NCBI GenBank assembly: GCA_964016885.1 | Contig: OZ024752.1 | Span: 18,352,001-18,416,000, forward strand | Length of the DNA: 64,000 bases | Origin: Eledone cirrhosa | Lineage: Eukaryota | Direction: 5' to 3' | In this document: one piece after another, positions 15,001 to 30,000 of the stretch | How the letters are laid out: each line of letters begins with the position of its first letter | Position numbering within the stretch: the stretch's first letter is position 1 | Notes under the pieces: generated by a model | Seen by the model: only the letters and a program-made list of their open reading frames with translations | Databases searched by the model: none | Told to the model about the DNA's origin: nothing | Program-made: the position numbers and the translations under genes

Positions 15001-18000
15001 CAAAGATAGCCATAGTTAGCTGTATCACAACATATAACAAAGATAGCCATAGTTAGATGTATCACAACATATAGCAAAGATAGCTGTGGTTAGCTCTCTC
15101 ACAACATATTACAAAGATAGCTGTGGTTAGCTGTATCACAACATATAGCAAGGATAGCCATAGTTAACTGTATCACAACATATAACAAAGATGGCTGTGG
15201 TTAGCTGTATCACAACATATAACAAAGATAGCTGTGGTTAGCTGTATCACAACATATAACAAAGATAGCTGTGGTTAGCTGTATCACAACATATAACAAA
15301 GATAGCTGTGGTTAGCTGTATCACAACATATAGCAAAGATAGTCATAGTTAGCTGTATCACAACATATAACAAAGATAGCCATAGTTAGCTGTATCACAA
15401 CATATAACAAAGATAGCTGTGGTTAACTGTATCACAACATATAGCAAAGATAGCCATAGTTAGCTGTATCACAACATATAACAAAGATAGCTGTAGTTAG
15501 CTGTATCACAACATATAGCAAGGATAGCCATAGTTAGCTGTATCACAACATATAACAAAGATTGCTGTGGTTAGCTGTATCACAACATATAACAAAGATA
15601 GCCATAGTGAGCTGAATCACAACATATAACAAAGATAGCCATAGTTAGCTGTATCACAACATATAACAAAGATAGCTGTGGTTTGTTGTATCACAACATA
15701 TAACAAAGATATCCGTAGTTAGCTATATCACAACATATAGCAAAGATAGCTGTGGTTAGCTGTATCACAACAGATAGCAAAGATAGTTGTGGTTTGGTGT
15801 ATCACAACAGATAGCAAAGATAGATGTGGTTAGCTGTATCACAACATATAACAAAGATAGCCGTAATAGCTGTATCACAACATATAGCAAAGATAGCTGT
15901 GGTTAGCTGTATCACAACATATAGCAAGGATAGCCATAGTTAGCTGTATCACAACATATAACAAAGATAGCTGTGGTTTGCTGTATCACAACATATAGCA
16001 AAGATAGCCATTGTTAGCTGTATCACAAAATATAACAAAGATAGCTGTGGTTTGCTGTATCACAACATATAACAAAGATAGCTGTGGTTTGCTGTATCAC
16101 AACATATAGCAAGGATAGCCATAGTTAGCTGTATCACAACATATAGCAAGGATAGCCATAGTTAGCTGTATCACAACATATAACAAAGATAGCCATAGTT
16201 AGCTGTATCACAACATATAACAAAGATAGCCATAGTTAGCTGTATCACAACATAAAACAAAGATAGCTGTGGTTTGCTGTATCACAACATATAGCAAAGA
16301 TAGCTGTGGTTAGCTGTATCACAACATATAACAAAGATTGCCATAGATAGCTGTATCACAACATATAGCAGAGAGAGCTGTGGTTAGCTGTATCACAACA
16401 TATAGCAAGGATAGACATAGTTAGCTGTATCACAACATATAGCAAGTATAGCCATAGTTAGCTGTATCACAACATATAACAAAGATAGCCATAGTTAGCT
16501 GTATCACAACATATAACAAAGATAGTCATAGTTAGCTGTATCACAACATATAGCAAAGATAGCCGTAGTTAGCTGTTTCACAACATATAACAAAGATAGC
16601 TGTAGTTAGCTGTATCACAACATATAACAAAGATAGCCGTAGTTAGCTGTATCACAACATATAGCAAAGATAGCTGTGGTTAGCTGTATCACAACATATA
16701 ACAAAGATAGCCGTGGTTAGCTGTATCACAACATATAGCAAAGATAGCTGTGGTTAGCTGTATCACAACATATAACAAAGATAGACATAGTTAGCTGTAT
16801 CACAACCTTTAACAAAGATAGCTGTGGTTTGCTGTATCACAACATATAGCAAAGATAGCCATAGTTAGCTGTATCACAACCTTTAACAAAGATAGCCATA
16901 GTTAGCTGTATCACAACATATAACAAAGATAGCCATAGTTAGCTGCATCACAACATATAACAAAGATAGCTGTGGTTAGCTGTATCACAACATATAACAA
17001 AGATAGCTGTTGTAAGCTGTTTCACAACATATAACAAAGATAGCTGTTGTTAGCTGTATCACAACATATAACAAAGATAGCTGTGGTTAGCTGTATCACA
17101 ACATATAACAAAGATAGCCATAGTTAGCTGTATCACAACATATAGCAAAGATAGCTGTGGTTTGCTGTATCACAACAGATAGCAAAGATAGCTGTGGTTA
17201 GCTGTGTCACAACATATAGCAGAGATAGCTGTGGTTAGCTGTATCACAACATATAGCAAAGATAGCCATAATTAGCTGTATCACAACATATAACAAAGAT
17301 AGCCATAGTTAGCTGTATCACAACATATAACAAAGATAGCCATAGTTAGCTGTATCACAACCTATAACACTGATAGCTGGGGTTAGCTGTATCACAACAT
17401 ATAGCAAAGATAGCCATAGTTAGCTGTATCACAACATATAGCAAGTATAGGCATAGTTAGCTGTATCACAACATATAGCAAAGATAGCTGTGGTTAGCTG
17501 TATCACAACATATAACAACGATAGCTGTGGTTTGCTGTATCACAACATATAACAAAGATAGCCATAGTTAGCTGTATCACAACATATAGCAACGATAGCT
17601 GTGGTTTGCTGTATCACAACATATAACAAAGATAGCCATAGTTAGCTGTATCACAACATATAGCAAAGATAGCCATAGTTAGCTGTATCACAACATATAG
17701 CAAAGATAGCCATAGTTAGCTGTATCACAACATATAACAAAGATAGCCATAGTTAGCTGTATCACAACATATAACAAAGATAGCCATAGTTAGCTGTATC
17801 ACAACATATAGCAACGATAGCTGTGGTTTGCTGTATCACAACATATAACAAAGATAGCCATAGTTAGCTGTATCACAACATATAACAAAGATAGCTGTGG
17901 TTAGCTGTATCACAACATATAGCAAAGATAGCCATAGTTAGCTGTATCACAACATATCACAAAGATAGCCATAGTTAGCTGTATCACAACATTTAACAAA

Positions 18001-21000
18001 GATAGCCATAGTTAGCAGTCTCACAACATATAACAAAGATAGCTGTGGTTAGCTGTATCACAACCTATAACAAAGATAGCTGTGGTTAGCTGTATCACAA
18101 CATATAACAAAGATAGCCATAGTTAGCTGTATCACAATATATGACAAAGATAGCTGTGCTTTGCTGTATCACAACATATAACAAAGACAGCCATAGTTAG
18201 CTGTATCACAACATATAACAAAGATAGCTGTGATTAGCTGTATCACAACATATAACAAAGATAGCCATAGTTAGCTGTATCACAACATATAGCAAAGATA
18301 GCCATAGTTAGCTGTATCACAACATATAGCAAAGATAGCCGTAGTTAGCTGTATCACAACATATAACAAAGATAGCCGTAGTTAGCTGTATCACAACATA
18401 TAGCAAAGATAGCTGTGGTTAGCTGTATCACAACATATAACAAAGATAGCCATAGTTAGCTGTATCACAACATATAGCAAAGATAGCCGTAGTTAGCTGT
18501 ATCACAACATATAACAAAGATAGCTGTGGTTAGCTGTATCACAACATATAGCAAGGATAGCCATAGTTAGCTGAATCACAACATATAACAAAGATAGACG
18601 TAGTTAGCTGTATCACAACATATAACAAAGATAGCCATAGTTAGCTGTATCACAACATATAGCAAAGATAGCAATAGTTAGCTGTATCACAACATACAGC
18701 AAAGATAGCTGTGGTTTGCTGTATCACAACAGATAGCAAAGATAGCCATAGTTAGCTGTATTACAACATATAACAAAGATAGCCATAGTTAGCTGTATCA
18801 CAACATATAGCAAAGATAGCTGTGGTTAGCTGTATCACAACATATAGCAAAGATAGCTGTGGTTTGCTGTATCACAACATATAGCAAAGATAGCTGTGGT
18901 TAGCTGTATCACAACATATAGCAAAGATAGCTGTGGTTAGCTGTATCACAACATATAGCAAAGATAGCTGTGGTTTGCTGTATCACAACCTATAACAAAG
19001 ATAGCTGTAGTTAGCTGTATCACAACATATCACAAAGATAGCCATAGTTAGCTGTATCACAACATATAACAAAGGTAGCCATAGTTAGCTGTGTCACAAC
19101 ATATAGCAAAGATAGCTGTGGTTTGCTATATCACAACATATAACAAAGATAGCCATAGTTAGCTGTATCACAACCTTTAACAAAGATAGCTGTGGTTAGC
19201 TGTATCACAACATATAACAAAGATTGCTGTGGTTAGCTGTATCACAACATATAACAAAGATTGCTGTGGTTAGCTGTATCACAACATATAACAAAGATTG
19301 CTGTGGTTAGCTGTATCACAACATATAACAAAGATAGCTGTGATTAGCTGTATCACAACATATAACAAAGATTGCTGTGGTTAGCTGTATCGCAACATAT
19401 AACAAAGATTGCTGTGGTTAGCTGTATCACAACATATAGCAAATATAGCTGTTGTTAGCTGTATCACAACATATAACAAAGATAGCTGTGGTTAGCTGTA
19501 TCACAACATATAACAAAGATAGCTGTGGTTAGCTGTATCACAACATATAACAAAGATAGCTGTGGTTAGCTGTATCACAACATATACCAAGGATAGCTGT
19601 GGTTAGCTGTATCACAACATATAACAAAAATTGCTGTGGTTAGCTGTATCACAACATATAACAAAGATAGCTGTGGTTAGCTGTATCACAACATATACCA
19701 AGGATAGCTGTGGTTAGCTGTATCACAACAAAGAGCAAAGATAGCCATAGTTAGCTGTATCACAACATATAACAAAGATAGCTGTGGTTAGCTGTATCAC
19801 AACATATAACAAAGATAGCTCTGGTTAGCTGTATCACAACATATAGCAAAGAAAGCCACAGTTAGCTGTATCACAACATATAGCAAAGATAGCCATAGTT
19901 AGCTGTATCACAACATATAGCAAAGATAGACATAGTTAGCTGTATCACAACATATAACAAAGATAGCTGTTGTTAGCTGTATCACAACATATAACAAAGA
20001 TAGCTGTTGTTAGCTGTATCACAACATATAACAAAGATAGCTGTGGTTAGCTGTATCACAACATATGACAAAGATAGCCATAGGTAGCTGTATCACAACA
20101 TATAACAAAGATAGCTGTGGTTAGCTGTATCACATCATATAACAAAGATAGCTGTGGTTAGCTGTATCACAACATATACCAAGGATAGCTGTGGTTCGCT
20201 TTATCACAACATATAGCAAAGATAGCTGTGGTTAGCTGTATCACAACATATAACAAAGATAGCTGTGGTTAGCTGTATCACAACATATACCAAGGATAGC
20301 TGTGGTTAGCTTTATCACAACATATAGCAAAGATAGCTGTGGTTAGCTGTATCACAACATATAACAAAGATAGCTGTTGTTAGCTGTATCACAACATATA
20401 CCAAGGATAGCTGTGGTTAGCTGTATCACAACAAAGAGCAAAGATAGCCATAGTTAGCTGTATCACAACATATAACAAAGAGAGCTGTGGTTAGCTGTAT
20501 CACAACATGTAGCAAAGAAAGCCACAGTTAGCTGTATCACAACATATAGCAAAGATAGCCATAGTTAGCTGTATCACAACATATAACAAAGATAGCCGTA
20601 GTTAGCTGTATCACAACATAAAACAAAGATAGCCACAGTTAGCTCTATCACAACATATAGCAAATATAGCTGTGGTTAGCTGTACCACAACATATCACAA
20701 AGATAGCTGTGGTTAGCTGTATCACAACATATAGCAAGGATAGCCATATTTAGCTGTATCACAACATATAACAAAGATAGCTGTGGTTAGCTGTATCACA
20801 ACATATAGCAAGGATAGCCATAGTTAGCTGTATCACAACATATAACAAAGATAGCTGTGGTTAGCTGTATAACAACATATAGCAAAGATAGCTGTGGTTA
20901 GCTGTATCACAACATATAGCAAAGATAGCCATAGTTAGCTGTATCACAACATATAACAAAGATTGCTGTGGTTAGCTGTATCACAACCTTTAACAAAGAT

Positions 21001-24000
21001 AGCCATAGTTAGCTGTATCACAACATATAACAAAGATAGCTGTGGTTAGCTGTATCACAACATATAACAAAGATTGCTGTGGTTAGCTGTATCACAACAT
21101 ATAACAAAGATAGCTGTGGTTAGCTGTATCACAACATATAACAAAGATAGCCATAGTTAGCTGTATCACAACATATAACAAAGATAGCCATAGTTAGCTG
21201 TATCACAACATATAACAAAGATAGCCATTGTTAGCTGTATCACAACATATAACAAAGATAGCTGTGGTTAGCTGTATCACAACATATAACAAAGATAGCT
21301 GTGGTTAGCTGTATCACAACATATAACAAAGATAGCCATAGTTAGCAGTCTCACAACATATAACAAAGATAGCCATAGTTAGCCGTATCACAACATATAG
21401 CAACGATAGCTGTGGTTAGCTGTCTCACAACATATAACAAAGATAGCTGTGGTTAACTGAATCACAACATATAGCAAAGATAGCCATAGTTAGCTGTATC
21501 ACAACATATAGCAAAGATAGCCATAGTTAGCTGTATCACAACATATAACAAAGATAGCCATAGTTATCTGTATCACAACATATAACAAAGATAGCTGTTG
21601 TTAGCTGTATCACAACACATAGCAAAGATAGCTGTGGTTAGCTGTATCACAACATATAACAAAGATAGCTGTGGTTAACTGAATCACAACATATAGCAAA
21701 GATAGCCATAGTTAGCTGTATCACAACATATAGCAAAGATAGCCATAGTTAGCTGTATCACAACCTTTAACAAAGATAGCTGTGGTTAGCTGTATCACAA
21801 CATATAACAAAGATTGCTGTGGTTAGCTGTATCACAACATATAACAAAGATTGCTGCGGTTAGCTGTATCACAACATATAACAAAGATAGCTGTGGTTAG
21901 CTGTATCACAACATATAACAAAGATTGCTGTGGTTAGCTGTATCACAACATATAACAAAGATTGCTGTGGTTAGCTGTATCACAACATATAGCAAAGATA
22001 GCTGTTGTTAACTGTATCACAACATATAACAAAGATAGCTGTGGTTAGCTGTATCACAACATATAACAAAGATAGCTGTGGTTAGCTGTATCACAACATA
22101 TAACAAAGATAGCTGTGGTTAGCTGTATCACAACATATACCAAGGATAGCTGTGGTTAGCTGTATCACAACATATAACAAAGATTGCTGTGGTTAGCTGT
22201 ATCACAACATATAACAAAGATAGCTGTGGTTAGCTGTATCACAACATATACCAAGGATAGCTGTGGTTAGCTGTATCACAACATATAGCAAAGATAGCCA
22301 TAGTTAGCTGTATCACAACATATAACAAAGATAGACATAGTTAGCTTTATCACAAAATATAGCAAAGATAGCTGTGGTTAGCTGTATCACAACATATACC
22401 AAGGATAGCTGTGGTTAGCTGTATCACAACATATAGCAAAGATAGCCATAGTTAGCTGTATCGCAACATATAACAAAGATAGCTGTGGTTAGCTGTATCA
22501 CAACATATAGCAAAGATAGCCATAGTTAGCTGTATCACAACATATAACAAAGATAGCTGTGGTTAGCTGTATCACAACATATAGCAAAGATAGCCATAGT
22601 TAGCTGTATCACAACATATAACAAAGATAGCCATAGTTAGCTGTATCACAACATATACCAAGGATAGCTGTGGTTAGCTGTATCACAACATATAACAAAG
22701 ATAGCTGTGGTTAGCTGTATCACAACATATAGCAAGGATAGACATAGTTAGCTGTATCACAACATATAACAAAGATAGCTGTGGTTAGCTGTATCACAAC
22801 ATATAACAAAGATAGCTGTGGTTAGCTGTATCACAACATATAGCAAGGATAGCCATAGTTAGCTGTATCACAACATATAACAAAGATAGCTGTGGTTAGC
22901 TGTATCACAACATATAACAAAGATAGCTGTGGTTAGCTGTATCACAACATATACCAAGGATAGCTGTGGTTAGCTGTATCACAACATATGACAAAGATAG
23001 CTGTGGTTAGCTGTATCACAACATATAACAAAGATAGCTGTGGTTAGCTGTATCACAACATATAGCAAAGATAGCTGTGGTTAGCTGTATCACAACATAT
23101 AGCAAAGATAGCTATAGTTAGCTGTATCACAACATATAACAATGATAAACATAGTTAGCCGTATCACAACATATAACAAAGATAGCCATAGTTAGCTGTA
23201 TCACAACATATAACAAAGATTGCTGTGGTTAGCTGTATCACAACCTTTAACAAAGATAGCCATAGTTAGCTGTATCACAACATATAACAAAGATAGCTGT
23301 GGTTAGCTGTATCACAACATATAACAAAGATTGCTGTGGTTAGCTGTATCACAACATATAACAAAGAAAGCTGTGGTTAGCTGTATCACAACATATAACA
23401 AAGATAGCCATAGTTAGCTGTATCACAACATATAACAAAGATAGCCATAGTTAGCTGTATCACAACATATAACAAACATAGCCATTGTTAGCTGTATCAC
23501 AACATATAACAAAGATAGCTGTGGTTAGCTGTATCACAACATATAACAAAGATAGCTGTGGTTAGCTGTATCACAACCTTTAACAAAGATAGCCATAGTT
23601 AGCTGTATCACAACATATAACAAAGATAGCCATTGTTAGCTGTATCACAACATATAACAAAGATAGCTGTGGTTAGCTGTATCACAACATATAACAAAGA
23701 TAGCCATAGTTAGCAGTCTCACAACATATAACAAAGATAGCCATAGTTAGCCGTATCACAACATATAGCAAAGATAGCTGTGGTTAGCTGTCTCACAACA
23801 TATAACAAAGATAGCTGTGGTTAACTGAATCACAACATATAGCAAAGATAGCCATAGTTAGCTGTATCACAACATATAGCAAAGATAGCCATAGTTAGCT
23901 GTATCACAACATATAACAAAGATAGCCATAGTTATCTGTATCACAACATATAACAAGGATAGCTGTTGTTAGCTGTATCACAACATATAGCAAAGATAGC

Positions 24001-27000
24001 TGTGGTTAGCTGTATCACAACATATAACAAAGATAGCTGTGGTTAACTGAATCACAACATATAGCAAAGATAGCCATAGTTAGCTGTATCACAACATATA
24101 GCAAAGATAGCCATAGTTAGCTGTATCACAACATATAACAAAGATTGCTGTGGTTAGCTGTATCACAACATATAACAAAGATTGCTGTGGTTAGCTGTAT
24201 CACAACATATAACAAAGATAGCTGTGGTTAGCTGTATCACAACATATAACAAAGATTGCTGTGGTTAGCTGTATCACAACATATAACAAAGATTGCTGTG
24301 GTTAGCTGTATCACAACATATAGCAAAGATAGCTGTTGTTAGCTGTATCACAACATATAAGAAAGATAGCTGTGGTTAGCTGTATCACAACATATAACAA
24401 AGATAGCTGTGGTTAGCTGTATCACAACATATAACAAAGATAGCTGTGGTTAGCTGTATCACAACATATACCAAGGATAGCTGTGGTTAGCTGTATCACA
24501 ACATATAACAAAGATTGCTGTGGTTAGCTGTATCACAACATATAGCAAAGATAGCCATAGTTAGCTGTATCACAACATATAAGAAAGATAGCCAGAGTCA
24601 GCTGTATCACAACATATAGCAAAGATAGCCATAATTAGCTGTATCACAACATATAGCAAAGATAGACATAGTTAGCTGTATCACAACATATAACAAAGAT
24701 AGCTGTTGTTAGCTGTATCACAACATATAACAAAGATAGCTGTTGTTAGCTGTATCACAACATATAACAAAGATAGCTGTGGTTAGCTGTACCACAACAT
24801 ATAACAAAGATAGCTGTGGTTAGCTGTATCACAACATATAGCAAGGATAGCCATATTTAGCTGTATCACAACATATAACAAAGATAGCTGTGGTTAGCTG
24901 TATCACAACATATAGCAAGGATAGCCATAGTTAGCTCTATCACAACATATAACAAAGATAGTTGTGGTTAGCTGTATCACAACATATAGCAAAGATAGCT
25001 CTGGTTAGCTGTATCACAACATATAGCAAGGATAGACATAGTTAGCTGTATCACAACATATAACAAAGATAGCTGTGGTTAGCTGTATCACAACATATAG
25101 CAAGGATAGCCATAGTTAGCTGTATCACAACATATAACAAAGATAGCCATTGTTAGCTGTATCACAACATATAACAAAGATAGCCATAGTTAGCTGTATC
25201 ACAACATATACCAAGGATAGCTGTGGTTAGCTGTATCACAACATATAACAAAGATAGCTGTGGTTAGCTGTATCACAACATATAGCAAGGATAGCCATAG
25301 TTAGCTGTATCACAACATATAACAAAGATAGCTGTGGTTAGCTGTATCACAACATATAACAAAGATAGCTGTGGTTAGCTGTATCACAACATATACCAAG
25401 GATAGCTGTGGTTAGCTGTATCACAACATATGACAAAGATAGCTGTGGTTAGCTGTATCACAACATATAACAAAGATAGCCATTGTTAGCTGTATCACAA
25501 CATATAGCAAAGATAGCTGTGGTTAGCTGTATCACAACATATAACAAAGATAGCCATTGTTAGCTGTATCACAACATATAACAAAGATAGCTGTGGTTAG
25601 CTGTATCACAACATATAACAAAGATAGCTGTGGTTAGCTGTATCACAACCTTTAACAAAGATAGCCATAGTTAGCTGTATCACAACATATAACAAAGATA
25701 GCCATTGTTAGCTGTATCACAACATATAACAAAGATAGCTGTGGTTAGCTGTATCACAACATATAACAAAGATAGCCATAGTTAGCAGTCTCACAACATA
25801 TAACAAAGATAGCCATAGTTAGCCGTATCACAACATATAGCAACGATAGCTGTGGTTAGCTGTCTCACAACATATAACAAAGATAGCTGTGGTTAACTGA
25901 ATCACAACATATACCAAGGATAGCTGTGGTTAGCTGTATCACAACATATAGCAAAGATAGCCATAGTTAGCTGTATCACAACATATAACAAAGATAACCA
26001 TAGTTAGCTGTATCACAACATATAACAAAGATAGCCATAGTTAGCTGTATCACAACATATAACAAAGATAGCTGTGGTTAGCTGTATCACAACATATAAC
26101 AAAGATTGCTGTGGTTAGCTGTATCACAACATATAACAAAGATAGCCATTGTTAGCTGTATCACAACATATAACAAAGATAGCTGTGGTTAGCTGTATCA
26201 CAACATATAACAAAGATAGCCATAGTTAGCAGTCTCACAACATATAACAAAGATAGCCATAGTTAGCCGTATCACAACATATAGCAACGATAGCTGTGGT
26301 TAGCTGTCTCACAACATATAACAAAGATAGCTGTGGTTAGCTGTATCACAACATATACCAAGGATAGCTGTGGTTAGCTGTATCACAACATATAGCAAAG
26401 ATAGCCATAGTTAGCTGTATCACAACATATAACAAAGATAACCATAGTTAGCTGTATCACAACATATAACAAAGATAGCCATAGTTAGCTGTATCACAAC
26501 ATATAACAAAGATAGCTGTGGTTAGCTGTATCACAACATATAACAAAGATTGCTGTGGTTAGCTGTATCACAACATATAACAAAGAAAGCTGTGGTTAGC
26601 TGTATCACAACATATAACAAAGATAGCCATAGTTAGCTGTATAACAACATATAACAAAGATAGCCATAGTTAGCTGTATCACAACATATAACAAAGATAG
26701 CCATTGTTAGCTGTATCACAACATATAACAAAGATAGCTGTGGTTAGCTGTATCACAACATATAACAAAGATAGCTGTGGTTAGCTGTATCACAACCTTT
26801 AACAAAGATAGCCATAGTTAGCTGTATCACAACATATAACAAAGATAGCTGTGGTTAGCTGTCTCACAACATATAACAAAGATAGCTGTGGTTAACTGAA
26901 TCACAACATATAGCAAAGATAGCCATAGTTAGCTGTATCACAACATATAGCAAAGATAGACATAGTTAGCTGTATCACAACATATAACAAAGATAGCTGT

Positions 27001-30000
27001 TGTTAGCTGTATCACAACATATAACAAAGATAGCTGTTGTTAGCTGTATCACAACATATAACAAAGATAGCTGTGGTTAGCTGTATCACAACATATAACA
27101 AAGATAGCCATAGTTAGCTGTATCACAACATATAGCAAGGATAGCCATATTTAGCTGTATCAGAACATATAACAAAGATAGCTGTGGTTAGCTGTATCAC
27201 AACATATAGCAAGGATAGCCATAGTTAGCTCTATCACAACATATAACAAAGATAGTTGTGGCTAGCTGTATCACAACATATAGCAAAGATAGCTCTGGTT
27301 AGCTGTATCACAACATAGAGCAAGGATAGACATAGTTAGCTGTATCACAACATATAACAAAGATAGCTGTGGTTAGCTGTATCACAACATATAGCAAGGA
27401 TAGCCATAGTTAGCTGTATCACAACATATAACAAAGATAGCCATTGTTAGCTGTATCACAACATATAACAAAGATAGCCATAGTTAGCTGTATCACAACA
27501 TATACCAAGGATAGCTGTGGTTAGCTGTATCACAACATATAACAAAGATAGCTGTGGTTAGCTGTATCACAACATATAGCAAGGATAGCCATAGTTAGCT
27601 GTATCACAACATATAACAAAGATAGCTGTGGTTAGCTGTATCACAACATATAACAAAGATAGCTGTGGTTAGCTGTATCACAACATATAGCAAAGATAGC
27701 TGTGGTTAGCTGTATCACAACATATAGCAAAGATAGCCATAGTTAGCTGTATCACAACATATAACAAAGATAACCATAGTTAGCTGTATCACAACATATA
27801 ACAAAGATAGCCATAGTTAGCTGTATCACAACATATAACAAAGATTGCTGTGGTTAGCTGTATCACAACCTTTAACAAAGATAGCCATAGTTAGCTGTAT
27901 CACAACATATAACAAAGATAGCCATAGTTACCTGTATCACAACATATAACAAAGATTGCTGTGGTTAGCTGTATCACAACTTATAACAAAGATAGCTGTG
28001 GTTAGCTGTATCACAACATATAACAAAGATAGCCATAGTTAGCTGTATCACAACATATAACAAAGATAGCCATAGTTAGCTGTATCACAACATATAACAA
28101 AGATAGCCATTGTTAGCTGTATCACAACATATAACAAAGATAGATGTGGTTAGCTGTATCACAACATATAACAAAGATAGCTGTGGTTAGCTGTATCACA
28201 ACCTTTAACAAAGATAGCCATAGTTAGCTGTATCACAACATATAACAAAGATAGCCATTGTTAGCTGTATCACAACATATAACAAAGATAGCTGTGGTTA
28301 GCTGTATCACAACATATAACAAAGATAGCCATAGTTAGCAGTCTCACAACATATAACAAAGATAGCCATAGTTAGCCGTATCACAACATATAGCAACGAT
28401 AGCTGTGGTTAGCTGTCTCACAAGATATAACAAAAATAGCTGTGGTTAACTGAATCACAACATATAGGAAAGATAGCCATAGTTAGCTGTATCACAACAT
28501 ATAGCAAAGATAGCCATAGTTAGCTGTATCACAACATATAACAAAGATAGCCATAGTTATCTGTATCACAACATATAACAAAGATAGCTGTTGTTAGCTG
28601 TATCACAACATATAGCAAAGATAGCTGTGGTTAGCTGTATCACAACATATAACAAAGATAGCTGTGGTTAACTGAATCACAACATATAGCAAAGATAGCC
28701 ATAGTTAGCTGTATCACAACATATAGCAAAGATAGCCATAGTTAGCTGTATCACAACCTTTAACAAAGATAGCTGTGGTTAGCTGTATCACAACATATAA
28801 CAAAGATTGCTGTGGTTAGCAGTATCACAACATATAACAAAGATTGCTGTGGTTAGCTGTATCACAACATATAACAAAGATTGCTGTGGTTAGCTGTATC
28901 ACAACATATAACAAAGATAGCTGTGGTTAGCTGTATCACAACATATAACAAAGATTGCTGTGGTTAGCTGTATCACAACATATAACAAAGATTGCTGTGG
29001 TTAGCTGTATCACAACATATAGCAAATATAGCTGTTGTTAGCTGTATCACAACATATAACAAAGATAGCTGTGATTAGCTGTATCACAACATATAACAAA
29101 GATAGCTGTGGTTAGCTGTATCACAACATATAACAAAGATAGATGTGGTTAGCTGTATCACAACATATACCAAGGATAGCTGTGGTTAGCTGTATCACAA
29201 CATATAACAAAGATTGCTGTGGTTAGCTGTATCACAACATATAACAAAGATAGCTGTGGTTAGCTGTATCACAACATATACCAAGGATAGCTGTGGTTAG
29301 CTGTATCACAACATATAGCAAAGATAGACATAGTTAGCTGTATCACAACATATAACAAAGATAGCCATAGTTAGCTTTATCACAAAATATAGCAAAGATA
29401 GCCGTGGTTAGCTGTATCACAACATATACCAAGGATAGCTGTGGTTAGCTGTATCACAACATATAGCAAAGATAGCCATAGTTAGCTGTATCACAACATA
29501 TAACAAAGATAGCTGTGGTTAGCTGTATCACAACATATAACAAAGATAGCCATAGTTAGCTTTATCACAAAATATAGCAAAGATAGCCATAGTTAGCTGT
29601 ATCACAACATATAACAAAGATAGCTGTGGTTAGCTGTATCACAACATATAGCAAAGATAGCCATAGTTAGCTGTATCACAACATATGACAAAGATAGCCA
29701 TAGTTAGCTGTATCACAACATATACCAAGGATAGCTGTGGTTAGCTGTATCACAACATATAACAAAGATAGCTGTGGTTAGCTGTATCACAACATATAAC
29801 AAAGATTGCTGTGGTTAGCTGTATCACAACATATAGCAAAGATAGCTGTTGTTAGCTGTATCACAACATATAAGAAAGATAGCTGTGGTTAGCTGTATCA
29901 CAACATATAACAAAGATAGCTGTGGTTAGCTCTATCACAACATATAACAAAGATAGCTGTGGTTAGCTGTATCACAACATATACCAAGGATAGCTGTGGT

